Of a stretch of DNA of 38,693 nucleotides, positions 24,567 through 34,029 are shown in pieces. Below the pieces are notes generated by a model, which worked only from the letters and a program-made list of their open reading frames with translations, was not told the DNA's origin and ran no database searches. The position numbers and the translations under genes are program-made. Each line of letters begins with the position of its first letter. Within the stretch, counting starts at the first letter, position 1. Source of the stretch: Nemertoderma westbladi (Eukaryota > Animalia > Xenacoelomorpha); NCBI GenBank assembly GCA_032718475.1, contig JAUCBJ010007064.1, positions 1 through 38,693 on the forward strand. Direction: 5' to 3'.

Positions 24567-25056
24567 TGTGACCATATTATTTTATATTCGTTTTTTTATT
24601 ATTTTTATATTTAGGTATGTATTATTATGTAATTTTATAATAATCGTTTTCTTTAATTTTTATTTAGTAGAATGTTATTTTAGCGATTATTTAGTAGATT
24701 AGTGCAACATATACTCGTGTTTATTACTTAATTACTTATATTATATATATTTAGCGTAACGGCGAGAAATAATTATTTTCTTTTTCCTTACTGTCCGTAT
24801 CATATTATAAATGCGTATGACTACAGTAAGATGAAATGTCCGTACTTATTAAAGTACAATAAAGCTCCTACTATACTTAAGTATTATTGGTAAGTAGAGT
24901 ATTAGGAATGCAAAGTTCAGATCCTCATGTCTCGGCTAATCCAAGCTCTGGGTAGACCTTGGAAACGACTTGCCTCTTCTCACTGACATTGCTTCTTGCA
25001 ATATTGCTCTCATACCGTATATTAAATAAATATAGTAGCGTGATGTCCCTTTAACA
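24567..25056 (+). repeat. LTR-like module downstream of B integrase
   Basis: Follows PPT-like GGAGTGGGTG. Starts TGT, has TATAAA (~24806) and AATAAA (~25025), ends TTTAACA. No matching copy found in window. Confidence 0.4.
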
Positions 25057-25499
25057 GTAGCGTAAAACGCAAAATAAATCTGTTAAACCCTTTGACCATC
25101 TGTAATTCTAGTCGATTAAGATATCGCGGCACCCACCGATATACTTGAAAGACAAAATTCTAGAATCAGTGGTTAACGTCCCCAGACATGTTCTGGAATA
25201 AATCGGTGCCCATCTTAAATATTAAATAGTTAATATTTCTAAAAATCTATTAAAACAAATGTTATAATAGAGTAAATGCATACAAATTGTTAGCTTATCC
25301 AATTCCGCTAACACAAACCCATAGAGTGAGCCATTAAGCAATATTGGGAGCACGAGGTTGATTACCAATATCAACCTCGTGTTACCCCAATAAAGTGGGA
25401 AGGGAAGGAGAAACACACACAATAGGGGTCAGGGGCCAAACCCCTAACCGAGAGAGAACACAGGGAGTGAAGGGAAACACTCCAAAGGGTGCCAACAGG

Positions 25500-25760
25500 G
25501 GTATCAACCAATCAGAGGGGGGAAAGGCATCGATTGAGTAGCAATAAGGCCACCGTGCAATATAACCAGTAACCTGTAATCATATCATTCAGTTTACTCA
25601 GTTAGTTCAGTAGGGTGGAACGGTGACTTCTATCACCGTCCGCTACCGCCATCATACATACTTGTCTACCGGTAACTGTGTCATACTATACTATATATAT
25701 ATCAGACTATTATACCTTATACATATAACCGAACACCAGAACTCTTTTACCTTTCACACA
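25500..25760 (+). promoter_or_regulatory. Pol II promoter-like region upstream of element C ORF
   Basis: CCAATCAG ~25508, TATAA ~25561, TCAGT initiator-like motifs ~25588-25611. Confidence 0.4.
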
Positions 25761-25963
25761 CGGCGGGGACGCGTGGATAGAAAACCCAACGGATAAACCG
25801 GGATCCGTAGATCCCGTCACAGTGATAGAATCAGATCCGCCCAGCTGCCCTGACAGAGATAGAATCCTAGCAGCTGCCCTAACAGTCTGACAGTGATAGA
25901 ACTAGATCCAACCAACTGGCAGACTGTCGAACTGTAACTGTCAGACACAGACTAAAGACGAAG

Positions 25964-28900
25964 ATGAGTCGAGAGAGAGGAACGACACCGCCGCGGACCC
26001 CGGACGACGATCTAACGATCCGCGAGGCCACGGCGAGACGATACGAACCCACGACGCCGGTCGATGCTAGGCCGACCACGTCGACGCAGGTTGACGCCAC
26101 GCCAACGAGCAACCCGGCGAACCAAGATGTGGGGGGTCGTCTACAGCGAGAGAGCGAGTTGAGTAGAGGAGAGAGCGAGACGGGGGAGGAGAGAGACGAG
26201 TCGACACAGGGCGGCGGTCGATATGCCGATGTCGCCGGTCAGCCACAGACCGAGGGCGACGAACGGCCCACCGGAACGGCAACGGTGGAGCCGCCGGTAC
26301 GACGCCGAACCCAGAGAGATGGAGGAGAGGTCGGCGACGAGGATGTCGGGGTTTCTGATCGACTTCGACGAGCCTACGCCGCTACCCGGGAACAACTGAA
26401 GGAAGCTAGAGGAGGGGCTGAGATAGACCAGGTGAAGTTGAGGAGACGACTAGGTGAGTCGAACAGATACTTTGATTACCTAGTGCGTTCTGGCCAGGGA
26501 GAACTAGCCAGCGAGAGAGCGAGAGGGGTTGCCATCGAACTGTTTGGGCTATGGGAACGTAGGGGTATGGGGCCTGGTGTAGTGTACATAGGGCCATACT
26601 TAGTCGATGCCAGGGAAGTTAAGTTAGTGGGTTGGGCGGGACCGCACGAGGGCGAATCCGAGGTTAGCTCCGAGGATTCGGTCTCGTCGGTCAGCGAGGA
26701 CCCCGGAAAGCGGGGGAAAGTTGGTAGGACGGAGGGGCGGCGGGAGACCGTCGCAACCGATAAGTCTGCTACATCCTCCGCAAAAGAAAGAAGGGTGCAG
26801 GAGATAAATCTGGCTGCATATAAATTAAAAATTGAAGAATTAGAGTGGCGACTGAGGGGAAGGAAGGAGCGAGAGAGTGAACGCGAAGAGCGTGAGGCAA
26901 GAGAACAGAGCGTGCGGTACACGTACAGTAGCCGTACGGGCGAGGGGGGTAGTAGTAGTATGTTAGGAAATGTTGGTATTAATAGTACCGTAGTAAATAA
27001 CCCTAATCCCTTTATTACAGGAAATATTTTACCCGGTAGTAGTAATTTAAGTTTAAATTCAAATAATAATATTAATTCAAATATTCAGAATAATCAAAAT
27101 AATTCAAATAATTCGAATAGCAATTTAAATTTTGAAAATAATAACAACTCTAATTTAAATAATTTAAATAATTCCGTTTCAAATTCTAATAATTTAATTG
27201 ATTTAACAAATAATATTGGGAATGGTGCTATTAATATGAGCGCGTCAGACGTGTATAGCCCGGCAGACGGCGGCCTGGTAGGCCACGTAGTTAGTAGACA
27301 GGAAGTGGCGGGGTTGCGCCAACCCGACGGCGGCCTGGTAGGCCACGTAGTTGGTAGGCAGGAGGTAGCGGGGTTGAGCCAACCCGGGGTGGGCCTGGTA
27401 GGCCTCGCAGTAGTAGGGAGAGAGGCGGGGGTGAATAGACCCGGCCGCAGTAGAGACAGTGTGTCGACTAGAGAGGGGTGTAGAGACGAAGTAAGAGATA
27501 TTGAAGTTAGATGTGGCGGGTGGGGGGGGGGGGCTACGGGCGCCCCACCACATGAGATTAGCGGCGAGAGAGGGGGGGCAGAGAATGCCCCACAAGAGGG
27601 GTGTAGAAGTGTAGTAAGAGGTAGTGAAGTTAGAAGTGGCGGGTGGGGGGGGGCTACGGGCACCCCACCGCGAGAGATTAGTGGCGAGAGAAGGGGGGTA
27701 GAGAGTGTCCGACAAGAGGGACGTAAAGGTGTAGTAAGAGATAGTGAAGTTAGAAGTGGCGGGTGGGGGGGGGGGGCTACGGGCACCCCACCGCGAGGGA
27801 TTAGTAGCGACAGAGGGGGGGCAGGGAGTGTCCCACAGGCGTCAGCGGATAATGCGCGGGCCGAATTAGGTAAACCGCAACACCCGGCGACGGAGAGTAA
27901 TAGGGGGATTGCGAGTATCCCCAGCGGCGTGCGATCGAGCAGAGAGAGACAGGTTGACGTCACGAGAGGGCGGGCGACGGAACGTCGAGCCCAGTTAGAA
28001 GAGAGAAGATTAGTAGAGTTTAATAGAGAGGTCAAAGATAGGAGAAGATTAGTAGAGTATAATAGAGAGGTCGAAGATAGAAGAAGATTAGCAGAGTTTA
28101 ACCGAGAGGTCGAAGAGAGAAGAAAGGAAGATAATAGAAGAGTCGTTGCTAGGAGCAACCGGAGAGCGAGGACGGATAGCGAGCCGTCGCTAGTAGAGAT
28201 GGAGTTAGGGAGTCAGTGGGGTCGAACTTCGGGAGATTGCCGTCGCCCCGGAGAAACGCACCGCACACCAGGAGAGGGGTACAGGACGTACCGATACAAA
28301 GACGAGAGCAGGATAGGGGATCGAAGGGAAACTTCCCGACGTGATATAGCTGCCGATCGAGAGTACGGTAGTCGCGGGGAGATTCGCGATTCGCGAAGCA
28401 TAAACTTCGGTTCGGAAGGGCACATGCAGACTGCAGGACATACTGTAGGCCTTACTGCACATACTATTATAGGCCATGCTGGGAGAGATAGAGTAGGCGA
28501 TAGGGTAGCGCGAACGACGGGATTAAACCCGGAAGTCGCGGAGTACATACCGGTAGGTAGGCGAGAGGTAGGTAGGCCTATATCGGTACAGCAGCATGAC
28601 TATAATACACAGGGACATAACATATATCCAGGGGAGGGGAGAGTTATTGTAGATAGATGTATGGGCCCCAATATATTAACATCAACCCCAGTACCAAACA
28701 TACCGGTGGGGGGGGGACAGGGTGACATTCCCCCATCACAATATCAACAATATACCCCAATAGGAGCAAGAACATCGAACCCCTTGGACGAGAATAGGTC
28801 GTGCGACACGGAAATATGGAGGGGGCCGTTACCCCCAATGATATATCCGACGCAACAAGCAAAGTCAACAACAAATAGGACGGACGGACCGTACCCAGCA

Positions 28901-31162
28901 GGAGAAACTATACAACATCCATCAAACCCATTAGAAGCGCAAGCGATGGGAATGGCCACATTGATCGATGCTTTAAAAACTAGGATCGAGCTACCACCTG
29001 TGGAACCATTTAAATTCGATGGGAGTAGGCCGGAAGAATATCTACAGTTTCGGCGCATGTATAGTAACGAAATATTAAGTAAGAACTTGACGCAGGCGGA
29101 GTGCCTAAAATATCTGCAAGTATATACTGGAGGCCCAGCATACGACATCGTGAGGCAATACCAGGGCATCGAGGGCGGCTTCACGACAGCATGGCGGGCG
29201 CTAGATAGGGAATACGGGCACCCGGCCAAGATCATCCGGCAAACCCTGAGAGGCATAACATCGGGTGGCCTACAGGACAATCCCGTTAGCATAAGGACCT
29301 TTGCAAACAAGGTCGAGAAGGCGTTAATCGTGTTAAAGACGCTAGACGCACCATACGAACTCAACGCGTCTAACAACATCACCACGATAGCGCAGGCACT
29401 GCCGATCTGGTTACGAAGGAAGTGGAGGAAGATAGCCTTCTCCACACGGGAGAAGAAGGGTGCGGAACCGGGCTTAGAAGAGATGTCGAGCTTCCTCAAC
29501 TATGAAGCCGAATTAATAACAGACCCAGTCTATAGCGAGGATAGTTTGGGGACAAGCCATAAACCCAAACACGATCCTGCAGATCCATTCCCGAGAGTAG
29601 GACAATCACTACCACATGCGGCCACACAGGGGACTGCTAGTCCACAGTTAGCAGGTAGTAGGGCCACACCGTGGCAGGGACAGAAAGAAAATAACACCAT
29701 AAATAAACATAATCCCAATGTACCCAGTAGGCCGAGTACAGACAACCAAAACACTAAATCGGTACATATAAACCTACGCGCGATACGTAAGGGACTATAC
29801 AGGGAACGCTATAATCCAGGATTCGAATGTCAATTACATCGGGACGGAACCCATAAGACCAGGAGTTGTAAGCACTGGCAAGCGTTGCCCAAACAAGATC
29901 GTGTAGCCTACACAGACGCGAACGGACTATGTCATCGATGTGAGGTAGAAGGACACAGGTCCGGAGAGTGTAGAGAAACAGCAGCAAGAGAGGAGGAGAC
30001 TGGAGGCCAAACAGCAGCTAGAAGCACTATAGAAGAGGAGAAGAAGAGAAAAGTACTACTCGGGGTAGTACCAGTGAAGATATCAGGAGAGGGCGGTCGA
30101 TCAGTAACGACATTAATGCTGGTCGACAGCAGAGCAGCCTTCACGCTGGTGGAGAACTGGGTGGCCGAAGAGATAGGGCTAAAGACGAGGCCGAACAGAA
30201 TGGCGGTAACTACCGTCTTGAGTAAAGATGAGGTCCTGGAGACGAGGACGGGGCGGTGCAGGATAGCAGCGATTGCACCGGGATGCGACTATGGGGCGAC
30301 GATCGACCCCATCCACATCATCGAATCGATAAACATCAACGCCAGGCGACCAACCAACATTGAGGTCGAGCAGTATAGATTCCTGGACGGTATCGATTTC
30401 TCAATACCAAAGGTGGACGTTAGGAAGGTGTCCATTATAGTAGGGATGGACTGCCCGACGGCCCACGAGAGAACGAAGACGGTCTTCGGCGAAGACAGGC
30501 AGCGGGACCCGACGGCGATCCTCACGCCGTTTGGATGGACGCTTAGCGGCCCAGTTAAAACTAAGATCCCATGCAGTGTGACAGAGACATCAGGGTGCAT
30601 GTTACCATGCACCGCAGGCGCAGTGGACGAAGAGGAGAAACAGGAGATAGTAGAGCCAGATAGGGAGGTGACAGTAAGAAAGTGGGCAGAGGAGAGTAGG
30701 TTTCCCAACAAGCATCGGTATGGAGATGGAGCGGAGCGGACGGCGAGGTGTCCGGAGGACAACACTCCGGGGGAGTGCCCGGAGGAGTGTCGGAAGGAGT
30801 GTCTGGAGGAGTGTCCAGAGGAGTGTCCGGAAGAGACGCAGGTCCGGTTGGGAGGCATACCGACAAGGGGGAAGTCGAGAAGGAAGGCGGGATGGAAAGG
30901 GATAGGACTACTATTGTACCTTCTGTTCTGCCTATTCTTTCACTTTCGGTTCGTTCTGCCGGCGGGGGGCAGCAGGGATTTGATGCCAGGAGACGAGCTA
31001 GTTAAGAAGACGATGGAGAGACCCAACCTTGGGGTGGTGAAAGGGGGAGAGCCAATCCCTGGTCAGGTGGAATTGGCGAAGAGGGTGTGGCAAAGAGTAA
31101 GAGGACATATAGGAGGGCAGTGGGAGTGTGCCAACTGGAAGAAGGGGCACCTTAGAGTTTAG
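25964..31162 (+). CDS. gag: Intact Bel/Pao Gag-protease polyprotein without RT/RNase H/integrase core (element C, 1732 aa)
   Basis: DUF1759-like LPPVEPFKFDGS..YTGGPAYDIV..LDREYGHP. Knuckles CQLHRDGTHKTRSC and CHRCEVEGHRSGEC. Protease region LVDSRAAFTLV..IIVGMD..TPFGWTLSGP. No YxDD. Confidence 0.9.
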   Translation: MSRERGTTPPRTPDDDLTIREATARRYEPTTPVDARPTTSTQVDATPTSNPANQDVGGRLQRESELSRGESETGEERDESTQGGGRYADVAGQPQTEGDERPTGTATVEPPVRRRTQRDGGEVGDEDVGVSDRLRRAYAATREQLKEARGGAEIDQVKLRRRLGESNRYFDYLVRSGQGELASERARGVAIELFGLWERRGMGPGVVYIGPYLVDAREVKLVGWAGPHEGESEVSSEDSVSSVSEDPGKRGKVGRTEGRRETVATDKSATSSAKERRVQEINLAAYKLKIEELEWRLRGRKERESEREEREAREQSVRYTYSSRTGEGGSSSMLGNVGINSTVVNNPNPFITGNILPGSSNLSLNSNNNINSNIQNNQNNSNNSNSNLNFENNNNSNLNNLNNSVSNSNNLIDLTNNIGNGAINMSASDVYSPADGGLVGHVVSRQEVAGLRQPDGGLVGHVVGRQEVAGLSQPGVGLVGLAVVGREAGVNRPGRSRDSVSTREGCRDEVRDIEVRCGGWGGGATGAPPHEISGERGGAENAPQEGCRSVVRGSEVRSGGWGGATGTPPREISGERRGVESVRQEGRKGVVRDSEVRSGGWGGGATGTPPRGISSDRGGAGSVPQASADNARAELGKPQHPATESNRGIASIPSGVRSSRERQVDVTRGRATERRAQLEERRLVEFNREVKDRRRLVEYNREVEDRRRLAEFNREVEERRKEDNRRVVARSNRRARTDSEPSLVEMELGSQWGRTSGDCRRPGETHRTPGEGYRTYRYKDESRIGDRRETSRRDIAADREYGSRGEIRDSRSINFGSEGHMQTAGHTVGLTAHTIIGHAGRDRVGDRVARTTGLNPEVAEYIPVGRREVGRPISVQQHDYNTQGHNIYPGEGRVIVDRCMGPNILTSTPVPNIPVGGGQGDIPPSQYQQYTPIGARTSNPLDENRSCDTEIWRGPLPPMIYPTQQAKSTTNRTDGPYPAGETIQHPSNPLEAQAMGMATLIDALKTRIELPPVEPFKFDGSRPEEYLQFRRMYSNEILSKNLTQAECLKYLQVYTGGPAYDIVRQYQGIEGGFTTAWRALDREYGHPAKIIRQTLRGITSGGLQDNPVSIRTFANKVEKALIVLKTLDAPYELNASNNITTIAQALPIWLRRKWRKIAFSTREKKGAEPGLEEMSSFLNYEAELITDPVYSEDSLGTSHKPKHDPADPFPRVGQSLPHAATQGTASPQLAGSRATPWQGQKENNTINKHNPNVPSRPSTDNQNTKSVHINLRAIRKGLYRERYNPGFECQLHRDGTHKTRSCKHWQALPKQDRVAYTDANGLCHRCEVEGHRSGECRETAAREEETGGQTAARSTIEEEKKRKVLLGVVPVKISGEGGRSVTTLMLVDSRAAFTLVENWVAEEIGLKTRPNRMAVTTVLSKDEVLETRTGRCRIAAIAPGCDYGATIDPIHIIESININARRPTNIEVEQYRFLDGIDFSIPKVDVRKVSIIVGMDCPTAHERTKTVFGEDRQRDPTAILTPFGWTLSGPVKTKIPCSVTETSGCMLPCTAGAVDEEEKQEIVEPDREVTVRKWAEESRFPNKHRYGDGAERTARCPEDNTPGECPEECRKECLEECPEECPEETQVRLGGIPTRGKSRRKAGWKGIGLLLYLLFCLFFHFRFVLPAGGSRDLMPGDELVKKTMERPNLGVVKGGEPIPGQVELAKRVWQRVRGHIGGQWECANWKKGHLRV

Positions 31163-31195
31163 TCGTCCAAGGTTTTGGACTGAGGGGGGTGGGAA

Positions 31196-32294
31196 TGAGG
31201 GCGAGACGAGACGCCCTTCCCACAAGAAAATTAATTATTTAATTAAAAATAAATAATAAAAATAATTAAATAATAGTTAGAAGAGATAGTAAGTAGTAGA
31301 ACAGGAGATAAGTTAGTAGAGGGAGAGTAGAGTTAGAAGGCGGCGGGGTAAGGGAGTGTGGCATATTGTCATGCCACGAGTAGTAGTAGCGAGGTTGTGG
31401 GCACCGTAAGCGCCACGTAGAAGGAGAGTAGGTTAGAAGGCGGCGGGGTAAGGGAGTGTGGCATATTGTCATGCCACGAGTAGTAGTAGGGAGGTTGTGG
31501 GCACCGGAAGCGCCACGTAGAAAGTAGCAAGAGAGTGGTTGTGGGCACCGGAAGCGCCACGTAGAAAGTAGCAAGAGAGTGGTTGTGGGCACCGGAAGCG
31601 CCACGTAGAAAGTAGTAGGAGAGAGTGGTTGTGGGCACCGGAAGCGCCACGTAGAAAGTAGTAGCAGAGAGTGGTTGTGGGCACCGCAAGCGCCACGTAG
31701 ATAGAGGTGGTGAAAGAGTGGTTGTGGGCACCGCAAGCGCCACGTAGAGAGTAGAAAGGGGTAGACCAAGTATAGTTAGAGTTAGAGGGTTTTAGTTAAA
31801 GTATTAGTAGAGTGGTTGTGGGCACCGTTAGCGCCACGTAGATGGAGGTAGAGTTAGTAAGAGGGTACGTAGTACCGGTTGTGGTTGTGGGCACCGTTAG
31901 CGCCACGTAGATGGAGATAGAGTTAGTAAGAGGGTACGTAGTACCGGTTGTGGTTGTGGGCACCGTTAGCGCCACGTAGATAGAGATAGAGTTAGTTGGA
32001 GGATTTTAGTCAGAGTTAGAAAAGAGTTAGTAGACTTAGCAGAAAGTTAGAGAGTTCTAGTTAGAGTTAGTAGAAAGTTAGAGGCTCTCAGTTAGAGCTA
32101 GAAGTAGCAGAGTTAGTAGTTAGTAGAGTTAGATAGTTAGTGTTAGTAAGTTAGATAAGGTAGATAGTATGATAGCACAGGGGTAGCATTAGAGATTAGG
32201 GCCTTAGGGAGTGGCAGAGAGTAGAGAGGAGATAGTGAGAAGAGCTGTTGGCGAGAAGTTAGAGTGCGATTCAGGTGTTGCCGTTATCCCTACA
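31196..32294 (+). repeat. Putative 3' LTR of element C
   Basis: Follows PPT GAGGGGGGTGGGAA (31182-31195). Starts TGAGGG and ends CCCTACA (imperfect inverted ends). Strongly G/A-skewed. No 5' copy seen. Confidence 0.5.
31393..31979. repeat. Array of 10 copies of a 28-bp core GGTTGTGGGCACCGnnAGCGCCACGTAG with purine-rich linkers
   Basis: Counted directly; nn = TA, GA x4, CA x2, TT x3. Confidence 0.95.
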
Positions 32295-32573
32295 CCAGGG
32301 GGGAAAAACGCCGATGCTGGAGACGTGACTTAACAGACCACCGAGCCCCGGCCAGTCACCGGATATTGATTGTGGGGAGGGAATATTTTCTGAGATGCAA
32401 GTTTGCGGTTGATAAAAAGCTGCATTAGTTGGATATACTCTTTAATGTAACTTCCTATAGTTGAAACCTGATTAAGAATAATTTTGGGCTTCCCCAAATC
32501 AATATACACCAAATATTCACAATAATTATACACGATAATATAAATCCCTACGGTATATTATTTAATAACCCAC

Positions 32574-33864
32574 TGTTCGCTCAGAATTTTAGCCTACCTA
32601 ATGTTCCCCAGATTTTCCCTCGGTCCCAGTCTTAGTGCCGTAGTGTCGGTGTCGGTCGACCCTGTCGCGTGTCCGTTCCACCCCTCACGAACCCCGAAGG
32701 GAACGATCATCGAGAACCAGCACGGCTTGGCTAAGGGTCGGTCCAGTCGGTAGACTCTGTCGCGTATCCGTACCACCCCTCTCGAACCCCGAAGGGTTCG
32801 GTCATCGAGAACCAGTACGGCTTGGCTAGGAGTCTGTCGTGTCGGTGGACCCGTTCGCGTGTCCGTTCCACCCCTCACGAACCCCGAAGGGTTCGATCAT
32901 CGAGAACCAGAACGGCTTGGCTAGGGGTCCGTCGGTTCATCACAGAAACCCAACCACCTAGGCTTTCCGAGTCCGTTTCAGGCTCGTAGTCGCTTCGGCA
33001 GCCGAGAAACTGCTCCGAACAGTCGGTAGGCCAGTAGAGTCTAGTCGAGTCTAGTCCTTTGTCTTTCGACCCCATCGCGTGTCCGTTCCACCCCTCACGA
33101 ACCCCGAAGGGAACGATCATCGAGAACCAGTACGGCTTGGCTAAGGGGTCTGTCGTCGGTTCCCGTCGCAAATCCCAGTACAAGCAGTCAGCGTTCCGAG
33201 TTCTTTTCAGTCTCGTAGTAGCTGCCGTTGACCAGAGACCGCTAAGGGCAGTTCTCGTCAAACCCGTCCTGTGGCCAGCCCTTTCGCATGTCCGTCCCAC
33301 CCCTCACGAACCCCGAAGGGATCGGTCATCGAGAACCAGTACGGCTTAGGTCAGGGGGCAGTCGTTAGTTGGCCACCCGTTCGCGTGTCCGCTCCACCCC
33401 TCACGAACCCCGGGGTTCGATCATCGAGAACCAGAACGGCTTGGCTACTAAGGGGCCGTCGGTGCCCGTCGCAAATCCCTGACACAAGCAGTCAGCGGTC
33501 CGAGTTCTTTTCAGTCTCGTAATGGCTGCTGTTGGCCAGGGACCGCTAAGGGCAGTCCTTGTCCTTTAGGCCTGGCGCATTACCAAATCCACCCCTACAG
33601 GCAGCAGGAAGTTGGCCAGGGCCTAATAGTACTCAGGCTAACCTGAATACTGCTTGCATTTTCCATCCCCCCTGGCCCTTATAACTATGAAATTATTCCC
33701 GTACCCTGTAAGTTGCCCCAAAGTTCGCCCATAAATCGCCCCCAGTTTATTGAATGTGCCCAAAACCCATGGTCCCGCACCCAGTAGTAATATCGGAATA
33801 ATCAATTTTAATAAAATACAAAAATATTCAACTCGCGTTATGGAAAGTTGAAATACCGCGAACA
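32574..33864 (-). repeat. 3' LTR of element D (1291 bp)
   Basis: On minus it begins TGTTCGC right after GGGGGGGAC and ends GCGAACA (perfect 7-bp inverted ends). TATA-like TTATAA at ~33680. Confidence 0.78.
32665..33445 (-). repeat. Six dispersed ~70-bp hairpin-forming repeats inside D LTR
   Basis: Plus-strand CGCGTGTCCGTTCCACCCCTCACGAACCCCGAAGGG..CGATCATCGAGAACCAG.ACGGCTT at ~32665, 32760, 32854, 33075, 33283, 33380. Confidence 0.9.
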
Positions 33865-34029
33865 GTCCCCCCCAATGACCTTCGTGAAGTCTGTCGGTCG
33901 ATTGAGTTTGCGTAGGTCATTCCCAATATAAAAAACCCAAATTTAATATTGCATAGTTTTTAATTAATTTGGCCTAGAGTTTGTATAAAAATAAATGTTC
34001 GATAAATGTTCCTGGAATATCCCAATCCA

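Larger units (their letters stand above)
6226..25056 (+). mobile_element. Decayed Bel/Pao LTR retrotransposon, element B, with three nested DNA-transposon insertions
   Basis: Domain order gag-PR-RT-RH-IN with Bel/Pao motifs (see the gag and pol features). The 3' boundary is uncertain. Confidence 0.88.

Noticed and set aside
25737-25743. CA followed by GAACT as the TSD partner of GAACT at 6221-6225
   Set aside because: The preceding sequence does not match the 5' LTR end; a 5-mer match is expected by chance
31393-31979. CRISPR array
   Set aside because: Linkers are short or irregular, mutually similar and sometimes identical; no cas genes; eukaryotic LTR context
32665-33445. Hammerhead ribozyme or SECIS element
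   Set aside because: CTCGATGA is not CUGAUGA and there is no GAAA after the stem; the helix is too short for a SECIS and lacks the apical AA
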